Origin: an uncultured Gemmatimonadales bacterium
Lineage (GTDB): Bacteria; Gemmatimonadota; Gemmatimonadetes; Longimicrobiales; Gaopeijiaceae
Direction: 5' to 3'
Length of the DNA: 64,000 nucleotides
NCBI GenBank assembly: GCA_963823035.1
Contig: CAWGKG010000020.1
Coordinates: 288,001-352,000, forward strand
Under the pieces are notes generated by a model, which had not been told where the DNA came from, ran no database searches, and worked only from the letters and a program-made list of their open reading frames with translations. Position numbers and translations under genes: made by a program. Shown piece by piece: positions 55,694-64,000 of the stretch; position 1 is the first letter of the stretch, and each line of letters begins with the position of its first letter.

Positions 55694-56640
55694 TCAGGCT
55701 CCGTGGGCGACCGGCTCGGGGTCGCACACGCGGTCACGCCCCTCGTCCTTGGCGCGCAGGAGCGCCTGGTCGCACGCATGGTAGACGTCGTCGAAGGTGG
55801 TGCCGTGCGTCGGGCAGGCCGCATAGCCCCCTGATACGGTGACGTGCAGGTCGGGCAGGCCCGGAGGTCGGCTGTCGGCCACGAGGCGGACGAGCCGCTC
55901 CGCGGCGCGCCGTGCCATCCCGGCCCCGGTCGAGGGGCACAGGACCGCGAACTCCTCCCCTCCGATGCGGAAGGCCGAATCGGCCGCGCGCGTCTGCTCC
56001 TTCAGGATGCCGGCCGATCCACGCGAGCACTCCGTCGCCCGCGATGTGGCCGAGCGTGTCGTTGACGCTCTTGAAGTTGTCGATGTCCAGGAGGACGAGC
56101 GCGAAGGTGGCACCGTAGCGCAGGTGGCGGTCCACCTCGATCGTCCATCCGCTCCTGGAAGGCGCGGCGGTTGAGGAGATGCGTCAGGGTATCGTGCACC
56201 GCCGCCTCGCCGAATGTGCCGATCCGCTCGTCCGCGTTCCGGACGCGCGCGGACAACGCGCCCAGGAGTCGAAGCGCGATCGCCGGAGCCTCCAGGACCA
56301 CCTGCCTGAACTCCTCCTGGTCGAGGACCAGCGCGTCCACCTCCTCGAGCGCGCGCACGGTCGCGCTGCGGGGGCGGTCGTTGAGGAGGGCCATCTCCCC
56401 GAAGAAGTCCCCGGGCCCCAGGTGGGCCAGCTCGAAGTCCCTGCTGCGCGAGGGGTAGACCACCTGCACGGAGCCTCGCACCAGCAGGTAGAGCGATCGG
56501 CTCGGGGAGCCGGCCGCGACGATCGTCGCTCCCTCGGGGTGGCGCTCGTGGCGGACGCCTCCCGCCAGCCGCTCGCGCTCTTCCGCGGTCAGGTCACTGA
56601 GGAGGGGAACGTGCGCGAGGAGTTCGGGCGTGGTGGGCAT
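55694..56640 (-). CDS. cyclic nucleotide-binding domain + GGDEF diguanylate cyclase; frameshifted
   Basis: [41 protein letters not shown]. Confidence 0.9.
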
Positions 56641-56646
56641 GGGTCG

Positions 56647-57636
56647 CTACACCAGGAGTGAGGGATGACCGCCGGTATGGACGAAGACGGCCCGGTCCCC
56701 GGAGGGCACGCGGCCGTCGCGGATCCACGCGAGGAGGCCGGCGGCGGCCTTCCCCGTATAGACCGGGTCGAGGACGATCCCCTCCATGCGCCCGAAGAGG
56801 TCGATCGCCTCCCTGCCTGCGGGCGTCGGGATCCCGTACCCCGCGCCGACCTGCGTGTCGTCGCAGGAGAGCCTCTCCCCGGCGACCGGTCGTGGCCGGC
56901 CCAGCAGGGCGCCGCCCTCGGCCGCCAGGCCGAGGGCGTCCGTGCGCATGTCGTCCGCGGAGACGTCGGCGCTGACGCCCACCAGGCGGACGTCCGTCCG
57001 ACCCAACAGCTCGAATCCGAGCAGGAGGCCGGCCAGCGTGCCGCACGACGAAGCCGACACGAAGACCCAGGTGTCCCTCGTCGCCTCGGGGGGCAGCTGC
57101 TCGTGGAGCTCCAGCGCCGCCAGCGCGTAGCCGAGCGCTCCGAGCCCGGTGGAGGCGCCGAGCGGGACCACCATCGCCCGCCCGCCGGCGTCGGCGATTT
57201 CCCGCGCCGCGCGCTCCATGGCCGGCGCGCGCTCGGCGCGGTCGGCGACCGTGCGGATGTCGGCGCCGAAGAGTCGGTGGATGAGTGCGTTGCCGCGCGG
57301 CTCGCCCTCGGAGGTGCCGTTCACCACCAGCACGCACCCCAGCCCGAGGTGCGCCGCCGCCCCGGCCGTGACGCGGCAGTGGTTGGACTGCGGTCCGCCG
57401 GTCGTGATCAGGTGGGTGATCCCCTCCAGGCGATCGCCGCCCAGCACGGTCTCGAGCTTCCTGACCTTGTTGCCACCGAGCGCGAAGCCCGTCTCCGCGT
57501 CCATCTTCACGAAGAGCTCGGGCGCCGCCCCGCCCAGGGCCTTCGCCAGGTTGCGCGCGGGCACGAGGCGCGTGGGCAGCGCCGCCAGCCGGATGCGCGG
57601 CCAGGCGCGGAGCCGGACCAGGGCGCCGGCGCTCAC
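56647..57636 (-). CDS. D-cysteine desulfhydrase / ACC deaminase family PLP enzyme
   Basis: GGNKVRKLE, GGPQSNHCR, LDPVYTGK, FVHTGG. Confidence 0.9.
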   Translation of the reverse strand: MSAGALVRLRAWPRIRLAALPTRLVPARNLAKALGGAAPELFVKMDAETGFALGGNKVRKLETVLGGDRLEGITHLITTGGPQSNHCRVTAGAAAHLGLGCVLVVNGTSEGEPRGNALIHRLFGADIRTVADRAERAPAMERAAREIADAGGRAMVVPLGASTGLGALGYALAALELHEQLPPEATRDTWVFVSASSCGTLAGLLLGFELLGRTDVRLVGVSADVSADDMRTDALGLAAEGGALLGRPRPVAGERLSCDDTQVGAGYGIPTPAGREAIDLFGRMEGIVLDPVYTGKAAAGLLAWIRDGRVPSGDRAVFVHTGGHPSLLV

Positions 57637-58532
57637 GCAACGCTCCGGGCCACGCGGCGGGACGCCGCCCGCACCGTCGTCTCGTGGATGTCGACGGTGT
57701 CGGTCACGTCCCGGGCGTAGCCGCCCGACATCACCACCGCAACCGGAACGCCCGCGCCGGCGCACAGGTCGAACACGCGCTCGTCCCTCGCCGCGAGCCC
57801 CGCCTTGGTCACGGCCAGGCGGCCCAGGCGGTCCCCCTCGAAGGGGTCGGCGCCGGCCACGTAGAAGGCGAGGTCGCCGCCGCGGCCGAGCGCGGTGCGC
57901 ACGCCCCGATCCACCGCCTCGAGGAAGGCGTCGTCGCCGGTGCCGTCGGGCAGCTCCACGTCGAGGTCGCCCGCCTCCTTCCGGAAGGGGAAGTTGTTCG
58001 CGCCGTGCACCGAGAGCGTGAAGACGGAGTCGTCCTCGCGGAAGATCGAGGCCGTGCCGTTGCCCTGGTGCACGTCGAGGTCGAGCACCACCACCCGGCC
58101 CACCCGCCGCTCGGCCTGCAGCGCGCGGGCGGCCACCGCCACGTCGTTGAAGACGCAGAAGCCCTCGCCGCGGTCGCGGAACGCGTGGTGCGTGCCGCCC
58201 GCCAGGTTCGCCGCCACCCCGTCCTCCAGCGCGGCGCGCGCGGCGCCCATCGTGCCGCCGACCGAGCGCCGCGAGCGCTCCACCAGGCCGGGCGACCAGG
58301 GGAAGCCGATGCGGCGCACCTCGTCGTGCGTCAGGGCACCCGTTACGACGCGGCGTACGTACCCCCGGTCGTGCACGCGTACCAGGTCGACGTCGGTCGC
58401 GGGGTCCGGTACGCGCAGGTCGTCCTCGCCGCGCGCACGGACGCGCTCACGCAGGCGCCCGTACTTCTCCATCGGGAACCGGTGCCCCTCGGGGAGGGGA
58501 AGCACGAAGTGGTCGCAGTAGTAGACGCGCAC
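57633..58532 (-). CDS. histone deacetylase family protein
   Basis: HRFPMEKY, GGTHHA..GFCVFND, DLDVHQGNGT, AGADP..DRLG, GGY. Confidence 0.92.
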   Translation of the reverse strand: MRVYYCDHFVLPLPEGHRFPMEKYGRLRERVRARGEDDLRVPDPATDVDLVRVHDRGYVRRVVTGALTHDEVRRIGFPWSPGLVERSRRSVGGTMGAARAALEDGVAANLAGGTHHAFRDRGEGFCVFNDVAVAARALQAERRVGRVVVLDLDVHQGNGTASIFREDDSVFTLSVHGANNFPFRKEAGDLDVELPDGTGDDAFLEAVDRGVRTALGRGGDLAFYVAGADPFEGDRLGRLAVTKAGLAARDERVFDLCAGAGVPVAVVMSGGYARDVTDTVDIHETTVRAASRRVARSVA

Positions 58533-58667
58533 GGTGTCTCGGGGGAACGGAACGCCTCCGTGGCCGGTATGGGCCCGGCCAGGCGTCTTACATTAGTAAT
58601 GCGCCTCGGGAGGCCGGGGGAGTGCGTTCTGCGGAATCGGACATCCAGGACACCAGCTTGCCTTCAC

Positions 58668-61019
58668 ATGACATCCGGGAGACGGGGGGCCGTCGTCCTC
58701 CTGCTTCTCCTCGGCACCGTGGGGCACGCCGCCGCGCAGGTGGGTCGCGTGGAAGGGCGTGTGCGCGACGACGAGGGCTCCGCCGTGTTCGGCGCGACCG
58801 TCGTGCTCACGCAGGCGGGAACGGTCGTGCGTGGCGCCGACACGGACCGCCTCGGCTGGTTCCAGCTCGACGACATCCCGCCCGGCGCGTATACGCTACG
58901 GGGCACCGGGGTGGGCTACGCGGACGCCAGCCGTTCGGTGGGGGTCGGACCCGGAGAGACCGTGGAGGTGGATCTCACCCTGGGCCGCCAGGCCATCGAG
59001 CTGGAGGGGATCACCGTGGGCGCCGAGCGCAGCCGGGAGCGGGTGCGCTTCGAGGAGATCGGGGGCGCGACCGTGCGCGAGCTCAGCCTCCAGGAGCTCA
59101 AGCGTGTGCCCGGCGTGGCCGAGGCGGACCCCCTTCGAGCGGTCGAGGTCCTTCCGGGCGTGGTGTCCACGTCGGACTTCTCGGCGTCCTTCCACGTGCG
59201 CGGCGGCGCGCAGGACGAGAACCTCATCCTCCTCGACGGTGTGCCGGTCTTCAGCCCCTTCCACCTCGGCGGCTTCTTCTCCGTCTTCAACGCGGACCTC
59301 CTCGACAGGGCGGCGCTGCAGTCCGGCGGCTTCGCGGCGGAGCACGGCGGGCGCGTGTCGTCGGTACTCGAGATCGAGACCGATCCGGGCGACGGGGACT
59401 TCGCGGTGGACGCCGGCGTGTCCCTCCTCGCCTCCCGCGTGGCCGTGTCCGGCGGGGTGCCACGGGGCTTCGCGGAGGCGCTCGGACACTCCAACGTGCA
59501 CTGGCGCCTGTCGGCGCGGCGCTCGTACTTCGATTGGCTCCTCAAGCCGGCGTTCGACTTCCCCTACCACCTGCAGGACTTCCAGGGTATCGCCGAGGGA
59601 TGGACGAAGTCCGGGGACCGCCTGCGCCTGACGGCATACTCCGGGGACGACATCCTCGACCTCACCAGCTTCGACGCCGCGGACTTCCCCCTGCGCATCA
59701 ACTGGAACTGGGGGAACGACCTTCTCGGAGCGCGCTGGACGCACCCCCGGCGCGGGGGCTCGCTGGACGCCCGGGTGAGCTGGTCGCGCTACGGCACCGG
59801 GCTGTCGTTCCCCGACTTCGGCGACACGGACTTCGCGTCCCGCATCTCCCAGGCGCAGGCGCGGGTCGACCTGGACACGCGCGTCTCGAGCACCCTGCGC
59901 ACCAAGGTCGGCGTGTCCGCGGAGCGCATGCGCTACCACAACCGCGCGGTCTCGGGCGGCACGGAGTTCGCGAGCGGCGACGGCACAGGCACGCTCCTCG
60001 GCGCCTATGCCCAGGCGTCCTGGTTCCAGGCGCGCCAGTGGCTGGTGGAGGCGGGGCTTCGCCTCGACGGCTGGTCTCCCGATCCCGGCGACGCCACGCT
60101 CGACGCGGCGCCGAGGGTCGCGATCAAGCGCTTCTTCGCCGGAGGGGACGGGGCGATCAAGCTGGCCGCGGGCCGGTACACGCAGTACGTACAGTCGCTT
60201 CGGGACGAGGAGCTCCCCCTCGGGCTCGACATCTGGGTGCTGGCGGGCGCGCGGGCCCCGCGCGTGGTGTCGGACCAGCTCCAGGTCGGCGTGGAGGGCT
60301 ATGCCGGCGAGGACTGGTTCGCCTCGCTCGAGGGCTATGTGCGCACCTTCGACGGCGTCGTGACGGTCAACACGGGCGACGACCCCAACGACGACCTCGA
60401 CGACATCCTCGCCGGTCGAGGCCGATCGTGGGGCGTCGACGCCATGGTGCGGAAGGAGGACGGACCGGTGAACGGCTGGCTCGCCGTCTCCTTCCTCAAG
60501 GCCCAGCGCACGTTCCCGGATCTCCTCTCCCCGGAGCGCCCCGCGCCCGAGGTGACGTATCCGCCGATCTTCGACCGGCGGGTCGACGCGGACCTGGTGA
60601 TGCGCTTCCCGCTTCCGCGGGGGTGGGAGGGCGGCTTGCGCTGGAACGTGGGCACCGGCACGCCCTACACGCGCGCGCTCGGCGCCTACGCAGCGTACTC
60701 GCCGAACTTCGCGCAGTGGGGTGGGTTCCTCGACTGGGCGGGCGCGTCGAGCTCGTCCGACAACCTCGGCGGCTACGCCGTCTACCTGGAGGACCACAAC
60801 GCCTCCCGCTATCCCACGTACCACCGCCTCGACATGAGCGCACGCAAGACGTTCACGAAGTCGTGGGGGACGCTCGTGCCCTACGTGGACGTGCTGAACC
60901 TGTACAACCGCAAGAACGTGCTCTTCTACTTCTACCAGTACTCCGAGCAGCCGCCGGTCCGCGCCGGCATCTCGATGTTTCCGCTGCTGCCGACCTTCGG
61001 CCTCGAGGTGCACTTCTGA
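58668..61019 (+). CDS. TonB-dependent receptor with carboxypeptidase-regulatory N-domain
   Basis: LPGVV..VRGGAQDENLILLDG.PV..PFHLGGFFSVFN, YHRLD, NLYNRKN and C-terminal Phe. Confidence 0.9.
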   Translation: MTSGRRGAVVLLLLLGTVGHAAAQVGRVEGRVRDDEGSAVFGATVVLTQAGTVVRGADTDRLGWFQLDDIPPGAYTLRGTGVGYADASRSVGVGPGETVEVDLTLGRQAIELEGITVGAERSRERVRFEEIGGATVRELSLQELKRVPGVAEADPLRAVEVLPGVVSTSDFSASFHVRGGAQDENLILLDGVPVFSPFHLGGFFSVFNADLLDRAALQSGGFAAEHGGRVSSVLEIETDPGDGDFAVDAGVSLLASRVAVSGGVPRGFAEALGHSNVHWRLSARRSYFDWLLKPAFDFPYHLQDFQGIAEGWTKSGDRLRLTAYSGDDILDLTSFDAADFPLRINWNWGNDLLGARWTHPRRGGSLDARVSWSRYGTGLSFPDFGDTDFASRISQAQARVDLDTRVSSTLRTKVGVSAERMRYHNRAVSGGTEFASGDGTGTLLGAYAQASWFQARQWLVEAGLRLDGWSPDPGDATLDAAPRVAIKRFFAGGDGAIKLAAGRYTQYVQSLRDEELPLGLDIWVLAGARAPRVVSDQLQVGVEGYAGEDWFASLEGYVRTFDGVVTVNTGDDPNDDLDDILAGRGRSWGVDAMVRKEDGPVNGWLAVSFLKAQRTFPDLLSPERPAPEVTYPPIFDRRVDADLVMRFPLPRGWEGGLRWNVGTGTPYTRALGAYAAYSPNFAQWGGFLDWAGASSSSDNLGGYAVYLEDHNASRYPTYHRLDMSARKTFTKSWGTLVPYVDVLNLYNRKNVLFYFYQYSEQPPVRAGISMFPLLPTFGLEVHF

Positions 61020-61981
61020 TGGTGCGCGCTCGAGGGGCGCTCCGCGCGGCGCCGGCCTTGGCGCTCCTGGCGGCTTCCGCGTGTGAGCTGCAGGAGGTCA
61101 CGCTCGTGGAGGCGCGGGACGTGGTGGTCGCCGAGGTCTACGTGGAGCTGGGCCTTCCCGGGAACGGGGATCGTGCCACCGCCTTCCTGCACCGGACCCT
61201 CGAGGGGGCCACGGGCTCGTCCCGTCCGGTGCCGGGCGCCACGGTGATCATCTCGCGCGCCGACGGCTCTTCCGTGGAGATGGGCGAGACGGACCTGGAA
61301 GCGTGCGTGCGCACGACGCCGATCGGTGCCTCCGGCACCTGCTACTGGGCCGCGACGGGCGTGGCCGGCCGGATCCAGCCCGGCGATACGCTCGACCTCG
61401 AGATCGGACTCGAGGACGGGGGCGTGCTCCGCGGCTCGACGGTGGTGCCGGGCGATTTCGGGCTGCTTACGCCGCCGCCGCCCTACGCGGGCGATCCGCC
61501 GGGCTGCCTGCAGCGGCCCTCCACCCCTCTCGAGCTGCGTTGGACGCGCTCGGAAGGCGCGTGGGCGTATGTGAACGAGACCCTCATCTTCGGTCTGCGC
61601 GCCGCGCTCGAGCCGAAGGGCATCCCGGTGGAAAGCGACCCCCTCTATCTCCTCGGCGTGTCGATCTCCGCGCGGGACACGGCGATCGTCTTCCCCGGCG
61701 AGTTCGGCGTCTTCAACCGCTTCGAGCTGGATCAGGGCCTCGCGCTCGAACTGCAGAAGGGACTGCCGGACGGCACGGACGCGCGGGTGACGATCAGCGC
61801 GGCGGATCGGAACTACGTCAACTGGATCCGGGGTGGCAACTTCAATCCCTCGGGGCAGGTGCGTATCCCCAGCGTGCGCGGGGACGGGACGGGTGTGTTC
61901 GGCTCGGCCGTCACGCAGACCGTGAGGGTCTTCACCACCACGGGTGGAGTCGCGGCGGGCCTACCCGCCTGCGGCGGGTGA
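61019..61981 (+). CDS. lipoprotein partner of the TonB receptor (DUF4249-like)
   Basis: TGATG coupling, lipobox ASAC and C-terminal SV.G.GTGVFGS motif. Confidence 0.7.
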   Translation: MVRARGALRAAPALALLAASACELQEVTLVEARDVVVAEVYVELGLPGNGDRATAFLHRTLEGATGSSRPVPGATVIISRADGSSVEMGETDLEACVRTTPIGASGTCYWAATGVAGRIQPGDTLDLEIGLEDGGVLRGSTVVPGDFGLLTPPPPYAGDPPGCLQRPSTPLELRWTRSEGAWAYVNETLIFGLRAALEPKGIPVESDPLYLLGVSISARDTAIVFPGEFGVFNRFELDQGLALELQKGLPDGTDARVTISAADRNYVNWIRGGNFNPSGQVRIPSVRGDGTGVFGSAVTQTVRVFTTTGGVAAGLPACGG

Positions 61982-62645
61982 CACCGCGCCACGCTTCTCC
62001 TCGCGCGCCACGCCGTCCGCCCCGAGGAGCGACCGCAGCCTCGCGACGACCAGGTCCACCGCCACACGGTTGAACCCACCCTCCGGCACGACGAGGTCGG
62101 CGTGTCGCTTGCTGGGCTCCACGAACTCGAGGTGCATGGGGCGCACCGTCGCCTCGTATTGGGCGATGACCGACTCCGGCGTGCGTCCGCGCTCGATCAC
62201 GTCCCGGCGGATCCTGCGGATGAGGCGCAGGTCGGCCTCCGTGTCCACGAACACCTTGAGGTCCATGCGGGCGCGCAGGCGGGCGTCCGCGAGCACGAGG
62301 ATGCCGTCGAGGATCACGACCGGGGCCGCGGCGTGGCGCTCGGTCTCGACGCGGCGGGTGTGCGTCGAGAAGTCGTAGAGGGGCACCTCCACGGCCTCTC
62401 CGCGCAGCAGGCGCTCGACGTGCTCGATCATGAGCTCCGTCTCGAGGCTCTGCGGGTGGTCGAAGTTCACGGCCACGCGCTCGCTGGAAGGGGATGTGCC
62501 TCAGGTCGCGGTAGTACGCATCCTGATGGAGGACCGTCGTCGAGCCGGCGCCGAGCAGGCGACAGACCTCCGAGACCACCGTCGACTTCCCCGAGCCGCT
62601 GCCTCCGGCGACGCCCAGCACCACCGTGCGCTCGTGCGCCTCCAT
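61961..62645 (-). CDS. udk: uridine kinase (frameshift near 62480)
   Basis: GVAGGSGSGKST, QDAYY, NFDHP, RRIRRDV.ERGR, VRPMH.EFVEPSK. Confidence 0.93.
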
Positions 62646-62646
62646 G

Positions 62647-63329
62647 TCAGCCTCCCGCGGGCACGACGTAGATGAGCGCCGCCAGCTCCCGCCGGAGCGT
62701 GTGCACGCCCCCGTCGTGGGCCACCGTCACGGCCACGACTTCCTCCCCGCGCGCGCTCTCGTTCACCCGAGGATCGCGCCGGGCGTCAGTCCGGCGGCCT
62801 CGAGGAAGCGGAGCCGTTCGGGATCCTCGTCGCGCACCGCCCGCACGCGCAGGCTCGAGCCGGGTAGCGCGTCGGCGAGGGTGCGGAAGTCGATGCTCTC
62901 GATCTCCCCGGCGCTGGTCGGGATCGGCGCGCCGTGAGGGTCGTGGCTGGGGAACTGGAGCGCCGCGGCCATCCGTTCCACGAGCGTGTCCGAGGCCGCG
63001 TGCTCCAGACGCTCCGCTTCCTCGTGCACGTCCTCCCAGGCGAAGCCGAGGCGCTCGCACAGGTACGTCTCGATGACTCGGTGGCGACGGAGGACCTTCA
63101 GCGCCTCGCGGATGCCCCGCTCCGTGAGGCGCACGCCGCGGTACGGCGCGTGCTCCAGCAGACCCGATTCCGCCAGGCGCTTCACCATCCCGGTCACGGA
63201 GGCCGGCTGGACCGCCAGCGCATCCGCGATCGCGCTCGTCGACGCGGGGTCGCCGCGCTCGGACAGGCCGTAGATGGCCTTGAGGTAGTCCTCGACGGAG
63301 CGGGAGAGTCCCGCCGGCATGGGGGTCAT
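62647..63329 (-). CDS. DtxR/MntR family metal-dependent regulator with FeoA-like domain; frameshift near the 3' end
   Basis: SVEDYLKAIY, SVTGMVKRL, RRHRVIETYL, VHEEAERLEH, DPHGAPIP. Confidence 0.92.
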
Positions 63330-63530
63330 GACGTGAAGCTAGGGAGCACGAGGGAGCCCGTCGACCCCGACGGCCGCGCCGTTTCCGCCGCCGCCCCGCT
63401 CCTGTTAACATCCGCGTCGACATCACGTTGGCGTCCGAACGCACCCTTGGGTCGAACCAACGTCAGGGCATACCTTTCGAGAGAGCATGTCGACCCCACC
63501 GCTCGATGTCCCGACCTGAGTCCCCAGGGA

Positions 63531-64000
63531 ATGAGCTCCGACGACCAGGTACGTCCCTTCCACGCCAAGGACGAGGCGCGCGGTCAGGAGACCGCGGACG
63601 CTGTTGCGGCGGTGTTGAAGCATGCCGCCGAGCGGGACAAGGCGGTCAAGGAAGGGGTGCCGCGCAAGCCACCTCCCAGGTGGCTCCTCCCCCTCGGCAT
63701 CCAGCTCTCCGTGATCGCCCTCTACCTGCTCGCCCTGCCCCCGAAGTGGGTGACCGTCAACCCGATCCAGGAGCCGGACGTCCGCGGCGCGCGTGGAGAA
63801 TCTCAGGCGCGCGATGTGGTTCCAGATCCAGCGGGTCGAGAGCTACAAGCTCGAAGCACGGCCGGCTGCCGGACCAACTGTCCGATGCGGGTAGCCCCAT
63901 CGAGGGTGTCGAGTACCATCGCCAGGGCATCAACAACTACCAGCTCGTCGCAACCGTTGGAGAGGAGGCGCTGGTGTACGACTCGACCGAGTCCCCTGCA
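63531..64000 (+). CDS. hypothetical single-TM protein; frameshifted, runs off the window end
   Basis: MSSDDQVRPF..WLLPLGIQLSVIALYLLALPP (TM), then ..HGRLPDQL..VEY... Coding-like GC3 bias. Confidence 0.55.
   Translation, partial: MSSDDQVRPFHAKDEARGQETADAVAAVLKHAAERDKAVKEGVPRKPPPRWLLPLGIQLSVIALYLLALPPKWVTVNPIQEPDVRGARGESQARDVVPDPAGRELQARSTAGCRTNCPMRVAPSRVSSTIARASTTTSSSQPLERRRWCTTRPSPL

Overview
64 kb of very high-GC bacterial chromosome. Gene content suggests Gemmatimonadota or a similar Acidobacteriota-like lineage (inference): PadR/ADOP permeases, NHL and PQQ propellers, and a TonB receptor with a DUF4249-like lipoprotein. About 50 tightly packed CDSs were found, with no rRNA, tRNA, CRISPR array, integrase or transposase. 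Roughly half the genes carry single-base frameshifts, often in homopolymers, which look like uncorrected long-read errors, so genes were rebuilt across frames and their ends are approximate. Highlights: (1) a redox-sensing module with a diheme periplasmic sensor kinase, a sigma-54 activator, a -24/-12 promoter, a membrane-anchored response regulator and a 15-heme cytochrome c fused to a diheme cytochrome b; (2) a SqrR/BigR-type repressor with tandem operators heading a PsrABC-like molybdoenzyme operon, followed by a split YeeE/YedE pair whose second half carries a Cys-less rhodanese and a free C-terminal KKKGGC tail; (3) Ku apparently co-transcribed with a MerR-HTH/TPR protein behind a GAAC-N4-GTTC box, with LigD 31 kb away; (4) a cytochrome-c-like lipoprotein/YceI/DUF5777-like operon with a palindromic operator; (5) a stand-alone TipAS gene that keeps a TipA-type MerR promoter; (6) matching ECF promoters in front of both ADOP permease loci. 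All family calls come from motif recognition, not database searches.
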